64,000 bases of DNA. Origin: Atopobiaceae bacterium (GTDB taxonomy: Bacteria > Actinomycetota > Coriobacteriia > Coriobacteriales > Atopobiaceae). The stretch covers positions 9,763 through 73,762 of the forward strand of contig JAFWMH010000032.1 in assembly GCA_017510785.1 (NCBI GenBank). The letters run 5' to 3'. Numbering within the stretch: the stretch's first letter is position 1; each line of letters starts with the position of its first letter. This document shows, piece after piece, positions 55,401 through 60,769 of the stretch. The position numbers were made by a program, and so were the translations under genes. The notes under the pieces were generated by a model, which worked only from the letters and a program-made list of their open reading frames with translations, did not search any database and had not been told where the DNA came from.

Positions 55401-57972
55401 TTACTACGAGCACGGCATTGCGGCAAGGAACTTTGGCACCTACACGGGCACCGGACCCGGTTCCGCGAACCTGAACAAGTTCGTGAACGATAGGGACACC
55501 ACGCTGAGGGGCATGGCGGGCGCCAAGCAAGGGACGGAAGAAGATGGCTCGTACCTCGTGATGTGGCCCGGCAAGGATGTGTACCTGCAGATTTCCCAGT
55601 TCGACGTCCAGATGGGCGAGGACGGGAAGCCCATCATGACAGACGACGACAAGTACATTCCGGTGACGAGTCCCTTGGCGGTGAAGGACGCTCAGTTCAT
55701 CCTTACCAACACAAACGGGAACGAAGATGCTGCCGACGACGTAGTGGTGTGGACTGGTGCGAGTGATGCGGCCGGCCACATTACCATCCCTTGGACTACT
55801 GAGGAGTCGGAGAACGCAATGGGCGCCTCGTTTGCCCCGGGTAGCACCTACGAGCTTAAGCAACAGGTAGCGGGCAAAACGTACGTATTCTCTGCAGGCG
55901 CGTGGATTCAAACGTGCGTGTTGCCGGCAGGCTCTTGGACGCTTGCGGTTGCACGGAACAATGCCATTGCGTGGCAAACAGTTTCGCCCGAGAGCGAACA
56001 GGTCAATCGTACTCTCGACGTTCAGGCGCCAAGTGATGAGGCTGGACTCGGAGATACCTTCACCGTCTTCAACGATCGCATGCCGAGAATTACCTTCGAC
56101 GCCAATGGTGGCAAGCTCTATGGCAACCGGAAGTCGGGCGAGGAAGAGACCAAGACGGAAGTGGTCGAGTTCGAGAATACCGACGTCTCTGCCGACTACA
56201 GCATCGAGGAGAAGAACCCCACTTGGAACACGCTGTTCCTCAACTGGAACACCGAGCAGGAACCGGATGACGAACATAGTGGCACCGAGTACAACAAGGA
56301 CGATAAGATTACCTTCTATCGTCGGACCGACTACGACGACTTGACGCTTTATGCTCAGTGGATTCCGGTGGTGTGCAAGATTACCAACCGCGAAAACGAG
56401 CTGCTATACGTTGACGGCAGTCCAGCGATTTACAGCACGTTGCAGGATGGCTTCGAGGACTTCAACACCAAGAAGTTCACCCTGGCGAATGGCAAGTCGG
56501 CCACCCCGCGAAAGATCAAGATGCTAGTGAGCAGCTACAACCTCACCGTGCCCCTCACGCTGGAGCGCGGCAAGACGGCAATTCTCACAACGGCCTCGAA
56601 GGACGACAAGGACGGATATCCGTATCGTCCGACGAACGACGAAATGGTGTGCACCATCAAGCGTGCGTTCGAGTATCCCGAAGACGGCACGAAGAGCATG
56701 ATTACGAACAAGTTCAACCTCACGTTTACCGATATCACACTTGACGGAGCAAAGGATACGTACAAGCAGGAGCTTGAAGACGGCACGATTAGGAATACCG
56801 TGCGTGTCGATGGCGGCATCGTAAACGTGACCGGCGACTATGCGCAGCTTACGGTTACCACTGGCGCCACGCTGCGCAACTCCGCCGTGGGCGACGACGA
56901 GGAGCCGCACAACGGTGGTGCGATTTACGCACACGAGAATACGACGGTGACCATTGCCGGTGGCGCAGTTGTGGGCAACGAAGCGAATGGCTACAACGAG
57001 ACGACCGAAGCGATTGCCAAGGGCGGAGCGTTGTTCGCGAGCACCGAAAGCGAAGTCTACATAACGGGTGGAGTAATCAATGGGAACTCCGCGGTGTTGG
57101 GTGCGGGCGTGTATCTCCCCGTGGATAGTACCTTGCATCTCTCGGGCAAGCCGAGCTTTGGTGGTACCGACCTCAAGGGCGGCGACGGCGAAGACAAGGA
57201 CGACCTCAAGGGCGAGGAAGGCAACTTCGTCGCAGGTCCGGAGCTGGAGGACGCGAAGAATGGCGGCAAGGACTACGTGAGGCCGCGGCAAGACATCTAC
57301 CTCGAAGGCACAGGCGACCCGCTTGGATCCATCGCAATCTCGGGCGGACTCAACATCGATCCGGGCTCCATATGGGTTTGGGCCGAGGATGCGGACGAAG
57401 AGAACGACATCAATCATTACCAAACGCTCAGGCAGTTCGCGGTGTTCGAGACCGAGGCCACGCGCACCCGTATGTCGAGCGAGTTGCTTAACAAGACGCT
57501 GCTTGCATTCCGGAACGCGCGTCCCGACGATGTATCCGCCAACGAGACGAGCACGTTCTTGTCTGGAGACTTGGACATCCAAGACGGGGATCATCCAACC
57601 TACGTGTATTGGACGGGCGTTAAGGGTAGCCGCAAAGTCATCCTTCGCAAGTTCGACAAGAACACCGGCGAGTCCTTGGCGGGTGGTAAGTTCAAGATTC
57701 ATCGCGGAAGTGCCGACGGCTCCGTCTTTACGGGGACGGACATTGCCGGCAACGACAGCGCCGAGGAATTCGAGAGCGGCGAGAGCGGTGTGTTCTACGT
57801 TGGAACTCTTAGCTACGGAACGTACTACGTGGAGGAAACGCAGGCACCGAGCGGTTATGGCAAACCCGCGGACGGGGAGCGTTTCGTCGTTACCGTGAGT
57901 GAGGATGGTGTGGGATACCAGTACGAGGAGGCGGGAGAGACGCTCTACAATCGCGAGGTAGAGGCCAAGTAG
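40438..57972 (+). CDS. Giant (5,844 aa) N-terminally lipidated surface protein / putative adhesin: MBG repeats, Cna-B/SpaA-like domains, a Listeria-Bacteroides repeat, five capped parallel beta-helix (PMP/PbH1-like) modules
   Basis: One uninterrupted 17,535-nt ORF with a GGGAGGG RBS. The signal peptide has a lipobox (ALVPTLYG-C38). GGA(I/V/L)Y and FxNC repeats are typical of right-handed beta-helices. (K/E)xYG(E/D)EDP...GxY...GxL(T/S)I units match the MBG pattern. GAEFRL.../GAVFEVR.../GGKFKIH...YYVEETQAPSGY match the SpaA/Cna-B pattern. There is no C-terminal LPXTG or TM segment. Confidence 0.9.
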   Translation: MRDNKHASPRLGKPALLSIAIALSIATVVALVPTLYGCKQAGSATPTLTAGKRPTQRSTVGVGAFAQGKGSPSLRVIPAASLDGGVGVDEGPLTVSDANPYASSGYDSGSSPNVSYGTVLDSEVSAPAQEDSTWTQTLSQTIEPAEGVFYTVSVTYGDDAGISPDATLVVEELESNDERRNALHALLNVREDECVFQDVFLKIALKVGEEEVQPNASVRVAVETNRIAPRQSDAVEASVIGGSGEGRLTVINRTGAVDGVNSDGGGETADPSATALRFQASGLGEVGFAVVATPKHQTDINGEVVTVLGPRTKGIECVENEINEQISDDQTIVRALAVVSEPAHAWPTTVWMKVDDARPDEERNGHLTVSAYESGEIREELFGLGSTNNPFSTDTSRELALVWHGNPDADASEDAGWESGDQAPSEGAESTHEEEKAHEEKVRAEEKSHEADEHAKDASKEVKKETKGSAKTEEKAADKTEAEAIVVAEGGQQLRATDGSTYHVTVTYGDSAGIPQGAELRVREITKNDMDYVEYLAQSARELGVEATDTSFAKVLDISFVDPVTGNEFEPTGDVHVRIELAGESLVSSEEAGVVHFGDKVEALSCDVSDEQVEFTVDGFSTFVVMGYGTSNPEASESADGDTDPEYTVPTPVEGLVYTGEAQELVTAGTVTVGTMKYSLQEDGEYDTAVPTGTNAGTYTVYYMVEGDETHNDVAVNSVETTIAPAPVTLTAVSTYRNYTGEEQVFSGFTASVEGLTFEGVVASGSGTEKGAYDVTFTGVVPNETTDSTGNYIVTQTTNGTLTIQTLLTKRLASFNGNLATYELVVNPEGYQLNGGQSFTLNDRLMDKKNDSSVVTNNQSINYSSVGIEPADAGVVFDYSGYTGTFVIPDATAVTITYTTRVEGNAGENVWFGNVSRLMAAGGDSLGELANVSAVETETITPTGTDISGTGGVYSIELYTYADGHMETGLAGAEFRLLDANQRPITYKAGENEGKEVTFVTESDGYVTVQLTEEQDGLYIHKNTPYYLEMLKAPVTENGDDTFTYYEKDNTLYGFLVTDDPDYTYKDVYSYFNGDVLKVRCYEESEGIHVTKRFAGNQTISDEQKNGIVFILEKENTATGGWDEVEQHPYSEFTWGSMAFNTGSKGWSAHDYGATYRVREENAEVEGVDLNDTCFVSVEGRGKSTTEESNEFLVNPDEEAYSFSLVFTNEYFNHRLDITVLDEEHGTLLPGAVFEVRAATGEEAAPVATLTTNESGTIEITRTADYQPDTLYYAVETTAPEGYLLPADAEKAYFYFSENNTKVPEGLPAGESALDLTKSYSTMMVANSKQKIHFPVIVAWGLTGIGEWPDSVSNVDVSLTQSVKDGEETPVEGKTVRLTSAKNFDNSVFRDLPARDEDGKDITYTLVETIHDANGNDITKQFAVSQTITGTGWHLLRNQDAVSVTIQKQWFAQDGSPVSGNNKEAVKYDLYCTTEELEGQSGAIAREDLESHLKSAKKIRGELTLSKESEWKDTVYSLQKTDASGNPYYYFALEDEGSMPQNHEDTYTIAPATESANRTLTIRNTQTDITVIVKAKDCEKTYGGEDPVFGFDVTVQDAHTTATWEKVAGEDNKYNVTVTAEDNSTHSFTFTLNREEGENVGTYTLTPAKVTDLHGYRVRFDEGTLTIHRAEAVVTAGAQKVYGDEDPALVTITGLMNGDGETVIRHEEYREPGEDVGEYPITVSGARNQGNYRVTFVQGSLSITPAAATVKANNSSKEYGEEEPEHTVKITGLKAGDAEGVIEYSLLREPGNNVGTYAISVTGDAAQGNYNVTFVNGEFTITHAPAVVKVENAEKTYGVEDPAWVVTIDGLKGNDPESLIVYNVSRAAGNNVGDYTITATGEAEQGNYSVTYETGTLSIQPAELTVTPDEKFRSINDSADPVLTATVTGWQYNDDEAVHSVVEGKEVYTLNGTTILTFALSREAGNDPGDYVISAAGESAQGNYVLNYETGTFTILAVHNVDVFQETSDLVDPSANPAYSYVAQLDLSGTGLSSAAGFDENNQCAFGLPGEGSNHNQFNMQIPYGAKLTVTQTSANSDYLTTLAVDGASYDDGGSASCVIDEVNDYYAITFTHTRISLPVQAMAGIDQTEEGAATVGHVCHLGIPGGDAHEQLFNNDTEPYLQETLGYTLPTDKYYEFDHASLFAENGTSIATGVTAVTYDQASGNWKYKTDGDYADLPDGAVVRMYYYPKYICKVGEEKFYTLNAALDYVQETAASQGGEEPAEAQSKTATIEMLLGEYRMPATDRLTIPAGYDITITTATEGYTGASTPAVIKRRNGFSGNLFVNNGKLTFKTITLDGNGESVTGADALVLNNEHSELLVDGDAIVRNTNGVNGSALYMAGGTATINGALQGYYATHGGAVYVAGGMLNIAGSVSTTNGAVTATSGGAVFMTGGTVNVQAGATMNGNTAVNGGVFYVEGGTVNIGAGTLNNNKATNAGGMLYATGGDVNITGGTIKTNQAVNGDGGAIFYNAPGALKVSGGTLQGNKATNGNGGFIYQSSGEATLSSTINETNTAKNGAAIYVHAGIANFNGVNITGNKATEGGAVGVDETARLYFYGNAKVTGNTNSSLSTSKKDCNVYLDEDSDEIINVPTAEMGGSANIGVYVADSVRATRGEVCCSFGAYVSTKNLAKFKDDRGFYNVYNAGNKLYWGKPIKYTVLYKQSGLLPTSSGTTQLQAAKEYYPRKTENAIYDLVTTLYNEQYKDKIQSGYVYAYSYVKNATAFEKYITNIDWDATSRKWVFKQHDGTSTNATNEFTIYYSDAAYISVVNNSGYDLTINPLTVMGKDVVSDGYGYTIAVNNVTKSTLVPITSDELTIPHEGSVKLLFPGATSSSWSTDGVFAGATAANAISYTLDSAHGGQPQQLATTDVEGGAGFNNLSGTLLSDAGVVYEILFGDPTPICKVGNVPFTKLTDAMSYITTNGMTTATIEMLVDYQQPADDILEIPEGYNITLTTAERKSASNPLGYVGEDSTRAAISRSSGDMGSAVKALIRDDNTTVLTTDEQCTTSITLSNIIFDGKALGQGGQGGAISTVNTKVSVDGCEFKGYTAARGGAVYTRWGQLEVKNSNFTKCLTLSTADKTGGGGIWTTAHSLLVENCVFNECSCPNVSNGRAQAGAVFHNIRNDGAVVYPNDPQKFPKGFSKGSQTDIIDCKFYDCYAANGSGGTVESDAWVINIEGCEFYRSETRKAGGNGGAVNIYSNDNTSISKDSILTVEDCYFEDCSAPNGNTNGGCVRTNTYAAVVRNSVFRNARSNNTGGALSMTYGTAGRLEIDGCAFENCSSGTKCGAVYAQALVLTIKDSFFTNCTSPSYGAVYQDKDSTVASVTVSNSSFENCSATNSGGGALYATARNLSISGMFGGKSYTTSSGEYGYACGDESFTFDNCTATREGGAVYHTTAGTETLSDVVFTSCLSGVSGGGAYLGNSKLAASNAVFNNCKAANSGGGLYISPSTNGATFSDDCSFSGNWVTASDGKGGSLYINQGTVTINGGSFADSKAAYGGGIYQKGTLTLNDTSIAGCYAAMAGGGLYHEGTTTASGSIADCYAARGGGVYSSGALTMGSAPGAMSISGCYAKGVTISEDGTATVAASFTPDNLGGGVYNNAGNVSSAATIENCNAYDGGGIYQANATFTTSGGSIEGNDATHFGGGVYYAGGTFKMSSGVSDVLVTGNTANKGAGVFVADGKTMDANVWGGYHCEISGNHARSEGGGIAVGGPNAILKFKDYIIVKDNTQVDEDTACNIYLDQNSNTVIQTSGTLDTKSYIGVYASNAQEAAHGVPAMPFGTRANDNNLNRFFNDRIPYLYGYKGANKLIVWSDFVCRITDGEGNLLYKDAECTMPAVYPVLENDGTESAFGALAAANYKLYNHEREYGKQSGDAYQVQMLVQDYAATKPMKLETGKTVTLTTATEKDECGFQYNGDPKHPYATITRAANDFSMISNTGGNLTLAKVVVDGGSEAGRSTNTNGGLIMITSGGTVTLDDGSTLRNSLRSGNTGSGAIRMESGTNNMLVMKDGALITNCSGSEYGGAISVKQGTFSMEGGSITNCSSKSGGAARIDTNMYMSGGVISGNNATVDGGGISIGGTGSRLYFSGNAVVQDNTLNGSTTCNVQLSQYTHGVINTYGDGLGAEAKIGVYTAGTESNTSSLYYKHGMATKPFGTWASDANLYCFVNDRNGLTGGKKDLTSATDKTIYWVGKPVLAIMKVVESDWSADKNTAFSFTVTLDMEMPAGGMAAYGFVAGEDGKPTRTFTQKDGEDAYQIDLPEKLRGTPYTVTENLTSDQESDFNTQIHKVASDLEESIGGRSIAGILGEHGTTTSDLTFTNTRVTGELSVSKTMQSKDEADFNKAFDFTVTLDDATITKVYPTVVTRVNEGGEKTETDEEISFVEGVANLQLKHDESVTIKDLPTDVPYTVSEVVPETDQDAYRTRVSKDGATSHAGTSQAGTVGEVVKEGVYTSSVDFINNRLEIVCKITNANRELLYYKDNGELTPAIYFRLEDAFVQINNGGLRTSSDGSASGALHIEMVVTDYTMEEPAILNKGKTVTLTTARTTDERYPYNYGKDDENGNTSVVLRGYNGDSMIVDSGTLTVDNITLDGNAENNYVSTGSGGIIKTNGNVRLTVSAAATLRDSTVSEENGGAIWMDENAQLTMNGTIDNCKAYAGGGIYATPNFRSVTVGGTISNSEATTGNGGAVCAGTGGTVTINNNAMLEANKAHTYGGAIYAESAVTVKGTIRNNTAHDGGGVYVGEGAAFTMSAGSVAGNEALGGNGGGIWVDGTTRITGGSFAENKALDVLDSGNGKGGAIYTTTSAVVSISGANTTFAGNQAKQGGAIYDQCLVTMAGGSMTANTATETGGAVYVDAEHLFTMSGGNISGNSSPEGAISTGEHVVLTFSGNSVVSGNTSSDDATVPMNVYLGYDTNAIITTSGLGRNANIGVYAADGENEDIYYEHGIAARNFGTYTGTGPGSANLNKFVNDRDTTLRGMAGAKQGTEEDGSYLVMWPGKDVYLQISQFDVQMGEDGKPIMTDDDKYIPVTSPLAVKDAQFILTNTNGNEDAADDVVVWTGASDAAGHITIPWTTEESENAMGASFAPGSTYELKQQVAGKTYVFSAGAWIQTCVLPAGSWTLAVARNNAIAWQTVSPESEQVNRTLDVQAPSDEAGLGDTFTVFNDRMPRITFDANGGKLYGNRKSGEEETKTEVVEFENTDVSADYSIEEKNPTWNTLFLNWNTEQEPDDEHSGTEYNKDDKITFYRRTDYDDLTLYAQWIPVVCKITNRENELLYVDGSPAIYSTLQDGFEDFNTKKFTLANGKSATPRKIKMLVSSYNLTVPLTLERGKTAILTTASKDDKDGYPYRPTNDEMVCTIKRAFEYPEDGTKSMITNKFNLTFTDITLDGAKDTYKQELEDGTIRNTVRVDGGIVNVTGDYAQLTVTTGATLRNSAVGDDEEPHNGGAIYAHENTTVTIAGGAVVGNEANGYNETTEAIAKGGALFASTESEVYITGGVINGNSAVLGAGVYLPVDSTLHLSGKPSFGGTDLKGGDGEDKDDLKGEEGNFVAGPELEDAKNGGKDYVRPRQDIYLEGTGDPLGSIAISGGLNIDPGSIWVWAEDADEENDINHYQTLRQFAVFETEATRTRMSSELLNKTLLAFRNARPDDVSANETSTFLSGDLDIQDGDHPTYVYWTGVKGSRKVILRKFDKNTGESLAGGKFKIHRGSADGSVFTGTDIAGNDSAEEFESGESGVFYVGTLSYGTYYVEETQAPSGYGKPADGERFVVTVSEDGVGYQYEEAGETLYNREVEAK
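45141..46430 (+). other. Array of five MBG-like repeats inside the giant gene
   Basis: Units start CEKTYGGEDPVF, AQKVYGDEDPAL, SSKEYGEEEPEH, AEKTYGVEDPAW and EKFRSINDSADPVL. Each ends GNY.VT(F/Y)..G.(L/F)(S/T)I. Confidence 0.7.
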
Positions 57973-58002
57973 CTCGCTGAAAGGTTCTAAAGCTGCACAG
58001 GC

Positions 58003-58035
58003 TTGCCGCCTGGTCCGTCATGGGCTGGGCGGCAA
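58003..58035 (+). terminator. Weak hairpin downstream of the giant gene (possible terminator)
   Basis: TTGCCGCC (58003-58010) pairs with GGCGGCAA (58028-58035) around a 17-nt loop. No clear U-tract. Confidence 0.25.
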
Positions 58036-58211
58036 AGTCGTTTAGATTAGCCGGTACGAGCTATATGACAAGGGAATCCGGTCTGCAAATTCAGGAATCG
58101 TGATGCGACCATGCAGAATCGATGGTATGTTTGTTGATATTGCAAGTCTCGTGCGCTTGTCTTTTCCATTCCTATAAAAAGAAAGCTCATGTGACGAACG
58201 GAAGGTCAGGA

Positions 58212-59867
58212 ATGCGTCAAAAGCTCTCGTGGGTGTGGATTGTGCTTTGCGGGCTCGTGTCGTTGGCGAGCCTTGCCATAAACGCTCATGCCCCCATGTA
58301 CTTCGACTCCGACGCGGCAAGTGAGTTGATTCTTGCAAAAACGCTCTTGGAGTCGCACCACCTCATTGCTACGCCCGCTTTTATCTACTCCACCGAGCTG
58401 CAGTTCTTCTCGTCGCAGCTGTTTATGGAAGCGGGCCTTTTGGTTTGCGGCGGCAACTGGTTGGTGGCGCGCATCGTGGGGACGGCGCTCCTCATGGTCG
58501 CGTTGGTCGCAAGCTATAGGTATATGGCAAAGCAGATTGGCATTTGGGAGCGCGGCTCTTGGGTGGCCGGCGTGTTGCTGTTGCCGTTTGGCGACTACTA
58601 TGTGAGGTTTTTTCTGTTCGGAACGTATTACGTGCCCGAGCTGTGTGCGGAATTCTTGGCGATTGGGGCTTGCCTGCACGCTATGAAGCAAGGCAAGGCC
58701 AGCAAGCTGTTGCTTGTTCTTACGGGCGTTTTGGGATTTGGCTTTGGTGCAAACGGGTACCGAACGACGTTGTTGTGTTGCATTCCCGCGGTTCTGGCCA
58801 TTTGTTTGTGCAAGTTCGGCGAGTCTTCGGGCAAAACGGTTGGGGAGCGGCTGCGCAATGCCGTTGCGAACGCGCGCGCGGAGCTGGTGTGTCCTGCGGT
58901 GCTTGGCGCATCGTCGGTGCTGGGCACGTTGTTTAACATGGCGGTTTTCAGTAAGCTCTTTGAGTATTTGCGCTACGGATCGCTCGAACTGATTCCGTTC
59001 AACTTTTCCGATTTCCTGAATTTGCTGGTTAACGGGTTCGTGGAGTCGTGGGGCTATATGGGTGCCCCAGATATCGCGCAGCTCGAAGGCATCGGAGCGC
59101 TTTGCTCGCTAGTCTTGACCTGTACGGTGTTCGCGGCTACGTGCATATGCATTGCACGGAGGCGCATGCTGGATGCACGCCAGTGGTGTGTTCTTGTGTA
59201 TTTGTGGCTGGTGTTGGGCTTGAGCACGTGCATGTACTACCTGGGCGATCGCGGAACAACGCGGTATCTTACGCTTGCCGTGGTGCCGTTCATTGTTGCC
59301 GTTCCGATGGCGCAGCGTACGTTTGAGGGAGATGTTTGGCTACGACGTTGTACGTCGGGACTCGTGGTGATCCTAATGGTCGTGCAGAGTTGTGGCGTGT
59401 GGTTTGGCCCTGCGCTGGGGCACGCGACGTCGAACAAGCCGTACCCCAAAGAGCAGCTGGTGGAGTGGCTTGGTGAGCACGGCTACACTCAAGGATACGC
59501 GACGTATTGGAATGCGAACGACATCGTTGAGATTAGCAACGGCTCGATTGATGTGTGGGCGTTGCAGAGCAGCTCGTATTCGGGAGACGAGCCTTCGTGG
59601 GAATGGCTCGAAGTGCCATCGAATTATAGGTGGCTGGAAGAGACGCGCCATGCGCAGGAGAAGCCGCAAGGGAAGGTCTTCCTTGTTTTGCGTGCGTTCG
59701 AGCTGGAGCAGTTGCACGAGCTGAGCAGGGTGACGGGTGAGCCCCTCGTCACATTTGCCGGAGAGAAAACCATTCGGCTCTCGGGCAACAATTACGGTGC
59801 GGAGGACTACGCGGTGTACGAGTTCGAGTCGGCCGATGCGCTGTTGGCTGCGCTTTCGCCGGCTTAG
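58212..59867 (+). CDS. Polytopic membrane protein with a C-terminal soluble domain; GT-C-like (ArnT/PMT-like) putative glycosyltransferase (function inferred)
   Basis: Track ORF 58122..59867 trimmed to ATG 58212. About 10-12 predicted TM helices. An acidic motif sits right after TM1 (PMYFDSDAASE), as in the first extracytoplasmic loop of GT-C enzymes. The last ~150 aa are soluble. Confidence 0.7.
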   Translation: MRQKLSWVWIVLCGLVSLASLAINAHAPMYFDSDAASELILAKTLLESHHLIATPAFIYSTELQFFSSQLFMEAGLLVCGGNWLVARIVGTALLMVALVASYRYMAKQIGIWERGSWVAGVLLLPFGDYYVRFFLFGTYYVPELCAEFLAIGACLHAMKQGKASKLLLVLTGVLGFGFGANGYRTTLLCCIPAVLAICLCKFGESSGKTVGERLRNAVANARAELVCPAVLGASSVLGTLFNMAVFSKLFEYLRYGSLELIPFNFSDFLNLLVNGFVESWGYMGAPDIAQLEGIGALCSLVLTCTVFAATCICIARRRMLDARQWCVLVYLWLVLGLSTCMYYLGDRGTTRYLTLAVVPFIVAVPMAQRTFEGDVWLRRCTSGLVVILMVVQSCGVWFGPALGHATSNKPYPKEQLVEWLGEHGYTQGYATYWNANDIVEISNGSIDVWALQSSSYSGDEPSWEWLEVPSNYRWLEETRHAQEKPQGKVFLVLRAFELEQLHELSRVTGEPLVTFAGEKTIRLSGNNYGAEDYAVYEFESADALLAALSPA

Positions 59868-59982
59868 GAACCGCCGAAGAGCAACTTAGTCGTGTGGCGG
59901 GCCTCTTGGGGCGCCCATATAATTTGCGTATTTATCCTCGGCGGTTTCCCCACTCAGTGAGATTGCGGGGCTTGTGCAAGGG

Positions 59983-60738
59983 CTAGAGGTCCAGCAGTTC
60001 CGCGAACGTGTCGTCGAGCGTGGACCATGCGACCTTGGCTGGAGCCTTTATGCCGGCAACGTTGCGTTCCAGCGCAGTGAGGTTCTCTTCGAGCCATGCA
60101 TCGAGCTCGGGGATTTGCCCAAAGGAGTCGGCCTCGTGCGAGCTACTCTTCGCTTCGAGCAGCTCGTTAACGAGAGGCATCAATTCGGGTTCGAGCAAGG
60201 CTTCCCGAAGCTTGTCAAACGGAATAGGGATGGGCGATTGCCTTTGGATGGACCATTTGCATGCAAGCGTCGCTCGCATGGCGTACAAATAGCGCTTGAG
60301 TGTGGGCCGGCCGCTTGAGATGTGGCGAAAGCTGTGCTTGCGAGCCATGCCAAGGTAGTGATGGGCACATGCGACGGGATTGAAGCATGAGTGGGCGACG
60401 CTTCTTACGGATGCGAAGCATGGGTCCTCACGGTAGACGATTGGCGAGCCGAGCCATTCGTACACGGTGGGATTTGAGCTTCGCATGAGTTGCAGGAACT
60501 TGGTTATGTCCCAGCCGACGATGTCGAGCTCGTCGTCGAGCCGCCATTCAATGGTGTCGCGCGTCTTTTCGAGTCGCAGATACTCGCGCATGGGGCGTAT
60601 GTACACGTAGCGTACGTCGTAGTCGGAGTCCTCGCTTGCGAAGCCCCAGCTGCGACTGCCCGACTCAATCGAGAGCAACACACGCACGTTCTTCGCGTCT
60701 TCCATGGCCGAAAGTTCGTTGAGTATTGTTTGCTGCAT
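59983..60738 (-). CDS. Nucleotidyltransferase-domain protein (Pol-beta superfamily, YcgL/PF10127-like)
   Basis: Track ORF 59983..60795 trimmed to ATG 60738 (AAGGAG RBS). NTase motif LLSIESGSRSWGFASEDSDYDVRYVY. Confidence 0.85.
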   Translation of the reverse strand: MQQTILNELSAMEDAKNVRVLLSIESGSRSWGFASEDSDYDVRYVYIRPMREYLRLEKTRDTIEWRLDDELDIVGWDITKFLQLMRSSNPTVYEWLGSPIVYREDPCFASVRSVAHSCFNPVACAHHYLGMARKHSFRHISSGRPTLKRYLYAMRATLACKWSIQRQSPIPIPFDKLREALLEPELMPLVNELLEAKSSSHEADSFGQIPELDAWLEENLTALERNVAGIKAPAKVAWSTLDDTFAELLDL

Positions 60739-60769
60739 GGTCTTCTCCTTCGGGGCTGGGGTTTTGAGT

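Noticed and set aside
40784-57898. Dozens of 60-435-aa ORFs in other frames or antisense inside the giant gene, for example 41842..42852-, 43666..44913-, 46720..47634-, 52819..54126-, 55249..56277- and 56524..57702-.
   Set aside because: A single uninterrupted 17.5-kb frame with coherent domain repeats explains the region. The alternatives have no motifs or RBS.
57900-57972. A sortase (LPXTG) or other C-terminal wall-anchoring signal on the giant protein.
   Set aside because: The last 60 aa (…VSEDGVGYQYEEAGETLYNREVEAK) contain no LPXTG-like motif, hydrophobic stretch or basic tail.
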